A stretch of 64,000 nucleotides of DNA from contig CM097886.1 of NCBI GenBank assembly GCA_044892525.1, positions 63,922,001 to 63,986,000 of the forward strand, written 5' to 3'. Shown piece by piece: positions 10,992 through 22,179 of this stretch. This DNA comes from Schmidtea polychroa. Lineage: Eukaryota. A model generated the notes under the pieces. It saw only the letters and a list, made by a program, of their open reading frames with translations. It did no database searches and was not told where the DNA came from. The position numbers were made by a program, and so were the translations under genes. Position 1 is the stretch's first letter; every line of letters begins with the position of its first letter.

Positions 10992-12498
10992 GGTTTTTGA
11001 TTTTATTGTTGAGTGTTAGTAATATACTTTAAATTATAATGCACTAGAAATTAGAACTTAATAAAAAAACTTAATGTCAAACACCTTTCGATACTGTACT
11101 CGTGGCATAACGCTATAAAGATAAACTTCGACGTTTAACCCCATGAAATAATTTTACCAGTCAACAGGGACCTCCAAATGATCGTTTTATGTAATAAAGC
11201 TCCAGTTTTTGTTTACTTATTGCATTAAGTACGTTATTTACCTGCATTTTACCTATTTATGCGATCCCCTCTGCCTCTCCCTCGCTAGCGGGCGCTGAAC
11301 ATAAGGGGGTCCCTTGAGAGTTGAGACCAGTTTGAGGCTTTGAGCACAATTGTTTAGTTCTGAAAAAATATATGAGGAAAAATTTTTTTCTTATTCCATT
11401 TTTTATCTTGCGAACTAATTCAAGATTCTGGGGCCCCATTTTCATTGGGTGTCACCGTGTCAGTGTACCACGCTGGAACAATGGCACGATTTCAGTGCTT
11501 AGCCTACCATAGCCATAAGAGCTATTTATTTTCTGTAGATTCTCTTCGCCGTCGGCGGTCGGTAACAAATAGTGACACAAAATCACATAATTTAAAGGCA
11601 CAAATAAACAGCTACTTGGGATGTGTTATAAATGATAAATAGGCCTATTACGAATTTCAAGTTATTTCATAGGTAATAAAATTTTGTTACTTTTTGATTC
11701 GTCAGTGTCGTCTGAATCTGATACATTTTAATTACCTTGTCTCGTACATTCGTTGAAATACGTTTGGCAAGCCTGTCCGAATCATGTTTTTTTTCAGCTA
11801 GTTACTGACTACCTTTCGTTCATCCGTTCCTCTTGTGACATCGTATTTGTTGGTATAAATAAAATTTTAAAGTCCATGGGTGGGTCTATGTTATATTATA
11901 TTTAACATTTATTGCTATAAATAATGATATGCACTGTGCTGACAGCCTGACAGTAGGTCTAAGTATTTCCTAATATATTAGAAGAAAGGTGACTTTATGC
12001 CTTTATTATTATGTGTTGGTCTAGGCCTGCATCATTACTTGTAATTAGATTATATACTTTTTAAAATTTGTTCTTTAGGTAAAAGCCAAAGCCCCTAAGG
12101 CTAACATGCAATAAATTATAATCATATTTTAAATTGAAAAATGCCTAGGCCTAGATCTAAAAATACCAAAGCTAGTATGAGCTCTTTATTGTTACATTAC
12201 TTCAATATACTGTTACTGTTAGTTAGGGATTAAGGCTTAAGCCATTTTCGTAGAATGAAAAAATCTTTTTTCGTAGACAATTCTTGTCCGTACATTTCGA
12301 AACCTCGAATTCTACAATATTCAGTTTCTACAAAAATGGACTAGGCTACTATCGTTAGTTACGGTCTTATGAAGTTATGGAGGTCAATGACATCTGTAAC
12401 TTTAAGCACTGTATCTTGTTAAAAATTTAAATAATAATAATTTTGATTATTTCGATTTATATAATCTGATTATATTACTTATAAAGTTGCCCATAACT

Positions 12499-14320
12499 AT
12501 GGATAATCTAAAAAATTTAAAAACGAAAACAAAGAGTGGAGCACTCAAAAGAAAATTGAAAGCAGAATTAAAAAAACTACCAAAACTTGATTTGTTTCTT
12601 AGAAAAAGTGCCGACAGTCAAGCAAGTACGTCTACTGTAAGAGTGGAAAACAACAATGAAATAATACTGAGGAGTCACGATGATGGGTTTGATGATGTCC
12701 AATTAGTGAACATTTGCGAAGAGAAAAATTGTAATGTATTAAAAGAAGTGCCAACTGATGATCACGATATTATTCAAACTGACACGGACAAATTAAATGT
12801 TTCAACTGATCTTGGTAAATATCTAAATCAAAATATTTCTGAAGAAACAAAGAGAATATTAATAAATCTTTCACCTCATTGACCAAAAGGGCCGTTTCCT
12901 AAAGATCCAGAACAAGAAAATATGTGTTTTAGAGAAACGTATTATTACTCTTGGGCAAAATATGGTACCAGTACCACGTTTGCGGCTCTGTTATTCCACT
13001 GTTTTAGACGCAGCATATTGTGGACCTTGTTGGCTTTTCTCGAATATCAAAGGCCAATGGCGTTCTGGTATAAGAGATTGGCGAAATTTATCATCACGCA
13101 TAAATGCGCATAGTATTTCTCAACAACACATTGGAGCATGTGCAGTGTACGAGATGTGGAGAAAAAATGAAACCATCGATAAAAATGCTGAAGCCTCTTT
13201 TTGGAAGATGGTTCTAGAATGTTTAATCCTTATAACGCTCATGTTAGCCAAAAATTCTTTATCATTTCGTGGACATCGAGAAGGATTTTCAGATGATTAT
13301 AATGAAAATTTTCTTTCACAGGCTCAATTGCTTGTCTATTATGATGATGTCATGAAGCAGATAATAGATATGCCATCTGGATCAATTAGATATGTAAGTC
13401 CAACAATTCAAAATGAACTAATACAATGTTTGGGAGAAAAACTTCTAAAAGAATTGATATTAAAGATTAATGTGGCGCCATTTTATACTCTAATGTTGGA
13501 CACAACACAAGACATCACAAAAATTGATCAACTAAGTATCATTATAAGACATGTTCACATTCTTCGGAGCACTAACCAAATACCAATAAATTTTGAAATC
13601 ATTGAAACCTTTCTAGGATTTTATGAATTTAAGGACCATTCCGCAGAAGGTATGAGTGATCAGGTAATGAAGATACTGATGGAAATGAATATTCCAATGG
13701 AAAAATGCTATGAACAGGGCTATGCTGGGGCTAGTGTCATGAGTGGTGTGTACAATGGTGTACAAACAAGGATTAAACGGATTCAACCAAATGCATTGCG
13801 CCAGTCACAATCTCAATTTAGTAATTAATGACTGTATTAGTGACTGCCACGCAGTTTCGTTATATTTTTCCACTCTTCAGAATGTATATGCGTTTTTTGG
13901 AAACAGTATAGAGGTGGGATCTTCTTTCTCAATTTAGTGGCGAGCCACAGATCACCTTAAAAAAACTTAATCAAACTCTTTGGTCAGGTAGAATATAGTC
14001 CCTAGCAGCTGTTAAAGTTCGTTTTGTTGACATTAAAAGCTTTGACTGAAATCAGTCTTAAATCCAAAAAAGGAAGAAAGAGATGAGGCAATTTGAATAC
14101 AGAAAAATATGGAGACATTTGATTTTGTTTTTATGAGTATATTTTTATATAAAGTCATGCGCGAAATTAATTATGCATCCAAAACTCTGCAGAAGAACGA
14201 CATTGACCTAGATGAAGCGTCTCTTGTGTTAAATCGTGTCAGTGAGAATATCCAAGAAAAATATCCAAAAATCGTATGAAAAACTGAAATTAGAAGCTGT
14301 AGAACAAGCCAAAAAGTGGA
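12499..14320 (+). pseudogene. hAT transposase pseudogene (ZMYM1-like/DUF4371 type)
   Basis: KSGALKRKLK N-terminus, TTF-like YCGPCWLF, LAKNSLSFRGHRE, MLDTTQDITKIDQLSIIIRHV, QGYAGASVMSG and HCASHNLNLVIND, with several frameshifts and stops. Confidence 0.88.
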
Positions 14321-15474
14321 AAATATTCATCCAAAGTCCCATCAAATAACACAAAAATGTCTCACGTTCATCGGATGTAATTCTAAAGAAATCTCAAGGA
14401 ATGATTGTTGCTATTAAATGGATCTAACGCCAACTGCTACAATCTAAACCAACAACAATAATATTAATAATAAAATACAATAAAATACAAAATATCATAT
14501 ATAAAATATTTAATCCACGAATCCTGACGCATAATGCATTTGAAAATAAAATTACAACTTCTACAAACTTCAAATAAACTCCATCAATCTTTTCTTCGTT
14601 CAATCAGTAATTTTGAACCAATTTACAAAAACCTTCAATAAAACAACACAAAAATTCTTTAATATTTACTTTCGAGTAAATTCTTAAAAAAATTGATACC
14701 TAACAACATTAAAAACAATAAAATCCATATATGACTTTTATTCCGTCATGGAAAATACATCATAATNNNNNNNNNNNNNNNNNNNNNNNNNNNNNNNNNN
14801 NNNNNNNNNNNNNNNNNNNNNNNNNNNNNNNNNNNNNNNNNNNNNNNNNNNNNNNNNNNNNNNNNNNNNNNNNNNNNNNNNNNNNNNNNNNNNNNNNNNN
14901 NNNNNNNNNNNNNNNNNNNNNNNNNNNNNNNNNNNNNNNNNNNNNNNNNNNNNNNNNNNNNNNNNNNNNNNNNNNNNNNNNNNNNNNNNNNNNNNNNNNN
15001 NNNNNNNNNNNNNNNNNNNNNNNNNNNNNNNNNNNNNNNNNNNNNNNNNNNNNNNNNNNNNNNNNNNNNNNNNNNNNNNNNNNNNNNNNNNNNNNNNNNN
15101 NNNNNNNNNNNNNNNNNNNNNNNNNNNNNNNNNNNNNNNNNNNNNNNNNNNNNNNNNNNNNNNNNNNNNNNNNNNNNNNNNNNNNNNNNNNNNNNNNNNN
15201 NNNNNNNNNNNNNNNNNNNNNNNNNNNNNNNNNNNAACTACAACTTATTATTATTATTATAAATTAATCTCTCGCGGTTCATACCGGCATCTATCAGAAA
15301 ATATTATCAATCAATCACATTTGTTCGAAATTCATGCTTAAGCAAAATAATCAATAATATTAATAATAATCAATAAAAGTTGTTATTGATTAATACTCTC
15401 AATATATTGGTCAATGGAAAGTATGACAATAAAATATTGCAAATAATACAATTATCAGTTTCTTTAATGCAATT

Positions 15475-15993
15475 TTATTTTAGGCAGTATAATAATAATA
15501 AAAGACTGAGCGTTGTAATGGTAATTGTAGCAGTTGATTTGTGATTTGAAATTGCTTTACCACCTGGAGTTGTTTGCTTACTGTTTTTGTTGGGGTTTTT
15601 CACATCGACAATACCGGGAATCCAAACCTCTGATGGAATAGTACCGGGATACTGATCAGGTTGCAGTGATTTTGTTGGACTTAAAGTTGAATCAGTTATA
15701 GTTTGTGGTTTTGAAGGTATTCGCTTTATTGTAGGTACTCTACCACTACCTTCAATGGATTTCTCTTCATCGGGATTTAACTTTGAGTCTTTGGATGAAG
15801 GTTTAACTGTACTTCCTTGTGTATCTGGTATCATAGGAAGAACAGGGCGCGGAACTTCTTGTGGTGGATCGACTTCTGATCCTGAACCTTCGACTGGTTT
15901 TTCAGGCAAGCTAGCTGTTGTAGTAGTAGTTATTGATTCAATAACCGGTATTTGTGGTTTATTTGGAGTGGAATCTGGATCCGAGCCACTTCC
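15475..15993 (-). CDS. Terminal exon of Ser/Thr/Pro-rich, Ser-Gly proteoglycan-like protein with GPI-signal-like tail
   Basis: TTAG acceptor, then an open frame GSGSD...VEGSGSE...IEGSGR...KSTATITITTLSLLLLLYCLK*. Confidence 0.7.
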   Translation of the reverse strand, partial: GSGSDPDSTPNKPQIPVIESITTTTTASLPEKPVEGSGSEVDPPQEVPRPVLPMIPDTQGSTVKPSSKDSKLNPDEEKSIEGSGRVPTIKRIPSKPQTITDSTLSPTKSLQPDQYPGTIPSEVWIPGIVDVKNPNKNSKQTTPGGKAISNHKSTATITITTLSLLLLLYCLK

Positions 15994-16196
15994 CTAAGTN
16001 NNNNNNNNNNNNNNNNNNNNNNNNNNNNNNNNNNNNNNNNNNNNNNNNNNNNNNNNNNNNNNNNNNNNNNNNNNNNNNNNNNNNNNNNNNNNNNNNNNNN
16101 NNNNNNNNNNNNNNNNNNNNNNNNNNNNNNNNNNNNNNNNNNNNNNNNNNNNNNCAATGATTTAATTATAAGAAAACGCCAATCAAACCTTTTTTT

Positions 16197-16235
16197 CACG
16201 ATATATTTCGACAGTTTTCCTGTCATCATCAGGTA
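16197..16235 (-). ncRNA. Minimal type I hammerhead ribozyme (Penelope)
   Basis: Minus strand TAC-CTGATGA-T-GACAG-GAAAA-CTGTC-GAAA-TATA-TC-GTG. Confidence 0.85.
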
Positions 16236-16982
16236 GGATATATTAACTATATAAATAAAAATTTTTTAATAAAAACATTTCATTCTTTTTAAAATTATAA
16301 TTAAAATAATATATTATTTTTTAAATTTTAACATTTAGAATTTAATTTAATAATTTAATAATTTAATAATTTAAAAATTTTATTAATTTTTTAATTTAAC
16401 AACATCAATCGATATATACAATATACAAAAAAATCATTTAAAAACATTTAAAACACAAGTATTCACTGCATTCTGTACATTAATTTTCGGATTCAATGAC
16501 TTTATCAATAAAGCCTCAGAAATTACACGTTCCCAATAATTATCGAAATTTTTTTTAATAAAATTTTAAAATCAGACATACATATTTTAGTCTTACAGCC
16601 CTTATTATGCTCACTAATACTTTACAAAGTCTTCGGTCAATAATGCTCAAGAGCTCGAATACAGAGATGACGGGAAGTCTCTCTAATGTATGTGGCATTA
16701 CACCCATTACATGTAAACTGATAAACGAGATCGGGACAAAAGTCGATCGGGATTTTGTTTTTTTAAAAATAAATATATTACGTTGACACTATCCTATAGT
16801 TTAAATTTCCTAATGCTTTCTTATTTTCCCTTTATAATCCTTAAAACTTTCTGAGTACGCAATACAATCATCCTTGCTCACACTATTTAATTTATTTAAC
16901 TCACCAGACTTTTTAAAAAGAATGAAATATTTTTATTAAAAAAATTTGTTTAAAATCCTTAATTTTTATAATTATTATATCC

Positions 16983-17021
16983 TACCTGATGATGACAGGG
17001 AAACTGTCGAAATATATCGTG
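16983..17021 (+). ncRNA. Minimal type I hammerhead ribozyme (Penelope)
   Basis: TAC-CTGATGA-T-GACAG-GGAAA-CTGTC-GAAA-TATA-TC-GTG. Confidence 0.85.
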
Positions 17022-18825
17022 AAAAGAATGTTTGATTNNNNNNNNNNNNNNNNNNNNNNNNNNNNNNNNNNNNNNNNNNNNNNNNNNNNNNNNNNNNNNN
17101 NNNNNNNNNNNNNNNNNNNNNNNNNNNNNNNNNNNNNNNNNNNNNNNNNNNNNNNNNNNNNNNNNNNNNNNNNNNNNNNNNNNNNNNNNNNNNNNNNNNN
17201 NNNNNNNNNNNNNNNNNNNNNNNNNNNNNNNNNNNNNNNNNNNNNNNNNNNNNNNNNNNNNNNNNNNNNNNNNNNNNNNNNNNNNNNNNNNNNNNNNACT
17301 TTCAATTTCTTCATTAATTTTGGATTAATAAATAGATAAGTTTTGAAAATGAAACATAATATTTAATAATATGTCTTTCTGAAACTGTAATTTCGACGTT
17401 GTGCTTAAATATTCCAATTAAAATTAAAATTTCAATAAAAAAAGTTGATTTAAATAACATTTTATAAATTTTAAATTTAAAATCTTAATTTTTCAGACTT
17501 CAAATAAGTGGGTTTATTTATTAATTTAATTTCAATTGTGAATCAATTTATTGGATAAATGATCATTAAAAATTTAATCCATTTAATTTAAATAAAATCA
17601 ATTTTTATTTTCATGTTCAAAGAAGCTTAAAATAACGAAAGCAATATTTTTCAGATTCCATATGAAATCTCATTAATGAAATTTCATCGTTGGAATATTT
17701 TCGCGTGAAAGATCACGTGCATTCGCTAAGTGTAGTGTCAGAAAGTCTTAAAGATCATGTTGGATCAACCAGCAGCTTCGATAAGCATATTCCAATGCAC
17801 TTCATCGTGATAAATCAAGTGAAAAAAACTGCTTCTGATATTTTAGCTCAATCAGCAAAACTCTACAATTCACAAAGTTTTGCGAGCCTGGCATTGGTCA
17901 TAAATTACCTTGTCATGCGAATTAACTTTCTGGAAGTGATACTGGTTCATATCATAACTTTTGACAGTTTTCCATTCTGCATTTTTATTATATCAGCGGA
18001 GTTCCGCAAATGTTTTTCAATACGCTCGTTTGACGCTCCAAAATTAGATACTACTATTGGCTCCTTGATTGTGAAGTATTATAAAATGATTCACTAAAAT
18101 ATAAGCTTGAACTTTCACACTTAAAGGCTCTAGACAAGCGATTCAGAGTCACGAATGAGCTTCAGTCAAAGACCTTCGAAATTTGAATGTAAATGTACAT
18201 ATTAAGGATAAACTTTGGAATTTTGACTATCCCGAGGGCATCGATAAATGGAAAGCTGCATCAAACTTATTAAATAAAGTCTGAAGTTATTTGGATTGAA
18301 CTTGCAGCAAAATGTATATAACGACAGACGATGAAGCTGTCATGGTAAATGTTAGGAAATTGATTGCTTGTCTGTAACAACTATGTTTTACCTATTTGAC
18401 AGTTGTGAATTTCCTCTACAAAATGCCTGGATAGATCAAATGAAGAAGTTTATGATGATGAAGGCAAGAACAATGCAACTGATAGAGATTTCGAATTTTT
18501 TAACGAAGATGAGCTAGAACTATCATATAAACTGTATCCATAGATCAATAAAGTACGTAGGACTGTAAATCTGTTTCGTCGATCAACGACAAATACGAGC
18601 ATATTTCAAGACAGAAAATAGCTAAGAAAATAAAAGGTACTGCGTCAATTTCCNNNNNNNNNNNNNNNNNNNNNNNNNNNNNNNNNNNNNNNNNNNNNNN
18701 NNNNNNNNNNNNNNNNNNNNNNNNNNNNNNNNNNNNNNNNNNNNNNNNNNNNNNNNNNNNNNNNNNNNNNNNNNNNNNNNNNNNNNNNNNNNNNNNNNNN
18801 NNNNNAGAAATCAGTGGTGAAATTT

Positions 18826-18862
18826 GAAAATAAGTTCTTATAATATTATTATTAATATGACA
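18826..18862 (-). repeat. Terminus of foldback repeat family A
   Basis: AGAAATCAGTGGTGAAATTT...AAGTTCTTATAAT is the reverse complement of the start of the 19438 and 55539 copies. The rest lies in a gap. Confidence 0.75.
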
Positions 18863-18870
18863 TTATTATT

Positions 18871-19292
18871 AAAGCTCAAAACTACTCTACTAGATTCGAA
18901 CTGGGTATCACAAAGCTTGTACTGTTTATATTTTTCAAGTGTAAAACATCCGGGAAAAATTTTTTTACACCATTACTTTATAAGTTAAAAATTCTAAAGG
19001 TAATCGGATGCACCTGTAAACAGTTTCTGTGTATCGACCAATTTTTTAGTCTATAGAGGTGATTATGATTTTTCATACGCCATGTTTTACAAATTTACAG
19101 ATTTTTTGTGATCAAGCTAATAAACAAGTGATGTGTACCAGAGAAAGTATGCAATAAAGCTGAATCAGCAACTTTATATATAAACATATATCTTCGCGTC
19201 TCTTGCATAGTACTGATGAGAGCCAAAAGCTCGAAACTAGTCTACTATTGGAATTTGCACTGGGTATCACAAAGCTTATGCTGTTTATATCA
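18871..19292 (+). mobile_element. Retrozyme-like unit: ~65-bp direct repeats 355 bp apart, second one containing an intact HHR
   Basis: AAAGCTC(A/G)AAACTA...CTGGGTATCACAAAGCTT...CTGTTTATAT at 18871 and 19226, flanked by ATT-rich sequence. Confidence 0.6.
19207..19248 (+). ncRNA. Minimal type I hammerhead ribozyme, distinct from the Penelope pLTR HHR
   Basis: ATAGTA-CTGATGA-GAGC-CAAAA-GCTC-GAAA-CTAG-TC-TACTAT: perfect 6-bp stem I, 4-bp stem II, palindromic stem III, GUC site (cleavage after 19242). Confidence 0.9.
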
Positions 19293-19322
19293 TTAATATA
19301 TTATTATCATTATTAGTAATAC

Positions 19323-19323
<1 letters not shown>

Positions 19324-19405
<82 letters not shown>
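19324..19405. repeat. (ATT)n microsatellite
   Basis: Direct observation. Confidence 0.95.
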
Positions 19406-19407
<2 letters not shown>

Positions 19408-19437
19408 ATTACTAATATTATAACATTATTATTATTG

Positions 19438-19605
19438 TATTATAAGAACTTTTTTTTTAAAATTTCACCACTGATTTCTTTTCCATTGTATTCATTAAAA
19501 AGCTTGAAGACTATGAATCAGCAAATATATCGATGTTTTTGATATTCAAAAACATCGATATATTTACTGATTCATAGTCTTCAAGCTTTTTAATAAATTA
19601 TTATT
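19438..19605 (+). repeat. Foldback repeat family A, collapsed to a near-perfect palindrome
   Basis: ~50-bp arms AAAAAGCTTGAAGACTATGAATCAG...ATCGATGTTTTTGA / TCAAAAACATCGAT...CTTCAAGCTTTTT with a 3-nt loop. Confidence 0.85.
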
Positions 19606-19625
19606 ACTAATATTATTAAGTGATG

Positions 19626-19812
19626 ATTTCTTGGTAGCAGCATTTATTATTTAAAACAATAAAGTAATAATTTAAGCCTTTTGCTGCAAATAATGTACTT
19701 AATGAAAAGATTTTCGACTATAAGATAGTCCTTGACAAGGACTATCTTATATTCGAAAAATATTTCATTAAATACATTATTTGCAGCAAAAGGCTTATAT
19801 TATCACTTTATT
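19626..19812. repeat. Palindromic repeat family B
   Basis: Arms ~75 bp centred on GATAGTCCTTG-A-CAAGGACTATC. Confidence 0.85.
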
Positions 19813-19852
19813 ATTAATATTATTATTGTTTCAGCCGATTTTGGCGTTTTTA

Positions 19853-19915
19853 TCGCGTCTGTGTGCGCGTTATTATCAGACTGCTATTCGGAGTAGTATG
19901 CGCACACAGACGCGA
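19853..19915. repeat. 16-bp perfect inverted repeat with 31-nt spacer (copy 2)
   Basis: Same arms as 6016-6076, diverged spacer. Confidence 0.9.
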
Positions 19916-19987
19916 AGAGTTGGTTGATTTTGTTTTGTAGAAAGTTTTTTGCTAGAAGATTCTAGAGATTTTGTGATGTTGTTTAAA

Positions 19988-20725
19988 ATGGAGAAAAAAA
20001 TGGAAAGTGTCGTTGAAATTAATATTCAACCAGTGGCTCTATTCTCAATAACTGATGCATTTGAAAGAAGGTCTGACGTAAATTCTCGTGTCATTGGAAA
20101 TGAATTGATACATGATGATGATGTATATTCTTACAAATAATAAGTAAAAATTCAAAATATGTTCAATAACAAGTTTCGTTCATTTAATTTTCCCAAATCT
20201 GACAATTTCAAAATGAAAAACTCTTGTACATTTTCTAGTATTATCCAAGATTTAGAAAATCTTAAAAATTCAGAGCCGTTATGCAAGTATTCAATGAACA
20301 TCACACTACCTAATATTACAATGAAAGATAAGTCTACAAATTCACAAAGCAAAGATCAAAGTAATATTTCGATTGGAAAACAAAATGAAGATTATTTATG
20401 TGATATGAAATATGAACTATTGGACAAAACTAAACGTAATGGAGCTATGTTTGTCCCTATTGAAGTGCAAAGAATTGCTCATGAATCTGAAAGATACGCT
20501 TTGGATTTAATGAAAGAAGGATTACGAAATAAAGAAAGGCACGGGTATATGAAACCTGAATTGTCTCCGGTTATAAATGTAACTAGTGATATTTTTGAAA
20601 TGATAACAGTTGTGTTGGATTATGTTTCAAAAGTCGTCAATAAATACATTTTTGAAGTCTCTCTTCTGGGTATTTATGTTTGCTCAAATCAATTATTATT
20701 ATATTATTATTGTTATTATTATTAG
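19988..20725 (+). pseudogene. EIF3F: Rearranged eIF3 subunit F (MPN)-like sequence
   Basis: INIQPVALFSITDAFERRSDVNSRVIG resembles the eIF3f N-terminus. GAMFVPIEVQRIAHESERYALDLM...ITVVLDYVSKV resembles the later region. The MPN core between them and the C-terminus appear absent, and a stop occurs at 20140. Confidence 0.65.
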
Positions 20726-20899
20726 CTTGTTAATTATTATTGTTTTCAACTGAATTTAATTAATTGAATGAAAAAAGTGTGTAAATTTGTGCTTTTTAAA
20801 ATCCGGGTTTTGTAAATATTGGCCGATATATAATAATAATAACCACATATATGTGATGCTAAACTCATCAAAATCTGTTTTCAACAATTTAATAATTAC

Positions 20900-21361
20900 C
20901 TCTGGTATAATATTTGGTTTTGAAGATGATGTTATAATAGGCTTTTCAGGTACAATATTTGGTAATTTTGAAACCATATCTTCATCATCTGTATTTATAT
21001 TTGATTCTGTTGAAGATTGGGTCACAACTTTGACAAGGGAAGAAGTAGAAACATTTTTAGGACCTGAAGTTGATGACTTCTTCTCTGGTGTATTTACAGG
21101 TAACTGTTTGAAAGGTTTAGTGTCAGGTTTATTTTCTTCTGAATCGCCACTACCTTCCCACGAAGGATATTGTGAAATTTTAGGTTGTTCGGGAATTTTG
21201 TTGTTATTATTATTATTACTATTTTGAATATTATTATCTTCTAAAATTGATTTTCCAGTCTGTGGAGGTGGAAGAGTTGGCTTGACTTCTTCTGTCTCAA
21301 TCTTTTTAGTCTGTTCAACTGGACTAATAGGGAAATTTTCAAAATCACCACTACCTTCAAT
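20900..21361 (-). CDS. Internal exon of Ser-Gly proteoglycan-like protein (inferred to splice to 15993)
   Basis: TTTAG acceptor, 154 open codons (IEGSGD...WEGSGD...KPNIIPE), then GTAATT donor, phase 0. Confidence 0.7.
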
Positions 21362-22179
21362 CTAAACGATTTTTAAAGTAAATTAATATCTTTAGGTTTT
21401 ATGTGCTTAAGGAAATTTTAACAGTAACAAATAGTTTAGAAGCATGACTTACTAATTGGAATAAATAACTTAAATGATGACCGGAAATACTTAAAAATTA
21501 AAATGACACTTTTTAAAATTATATCTTTATAATTTATTGTATCTTTACAACACATAATGCCCGAATTATTTGTCAAAGATGAATTAAAATAATTTCACGA
21601 ATTGAATCACCAACAATACAAAAAAATTATTAATTTATTAATGCTGAACACATTTTTTATATCCATAGATGACACTTCAATTTATATGAAAACTTTACAA
21701 CTACTTTCAGAAGGTGTTTTAACACGTTTCGATTTTCCAATTTATGTCCCAATTTCTCAAGACTTCTAAAAAAATTAAATATTATGATTTCACAAGACTG
21801 GTCATTTGATGAACCAAAAATCTATTTTAGAATGAACGATTTTTTAACATTTATGCTCTGAGAATTTACTGAAAAATCTTACCGGTAAAATTAATACCCT
21901 TTGGATTTTTACTAAACCACGACAGAAAGTCAATTGCTTTTATGCATTTCATAATTTGTTGGTTCTGAAAATGCGAGAGATTGATAAATAAAGCTTAACA
22001 TTTGAAGAAACTATGGAAAACTAATTTCAAATTCTATACTAGCTTCAGTACCTGGTTTTGCTCCGGATAGATTCAAACTCATTCTTTTTGTATTATAATT
22101 GTCATGGGTTGTTTGTCAATTATATATTCATACGTTGTATATATATGTATATGCATGTTTGTGCGTGTATATTAAGAAA

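Larger units (their letters stand above)
16155..17037 (-). mobile_element. 5'-truncated Penelope copy (minus, ~16155-16910) with inverted pLTR fragment (~16945-17037)
   Basis: Diverged reverse complement of ~9233-9990, followed by a plus-strand pLTR piece. Flanked by gaps. Confidence 0.88.

Noticed and set aside
11257-11642. Short ORFs in the GC-richer segment upstream of the hAT transposase
   Set aside because: Looks like transposon subterminal sequence (GGGCCCC motif). No protein motifs, and no TIR/TSD pair could be defined
6016-19915. 16-bp arms with ~30-nt spacers as a CRISPR-like array
   Set aside because: Only two isolated inverted pairs 14 kb apart, no direct-repeat array, no cas genes, eukaryotic context
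20756-20899. Read-through C-terminus (VIIKLLKTDF...WLLLLYIG) as the true end of the EGSG exon
   Set aside because: Not excluded, but a phase-0 GTAATT donor at 20899 and reconstitution of EGSG with the 15993 exon favour splicing
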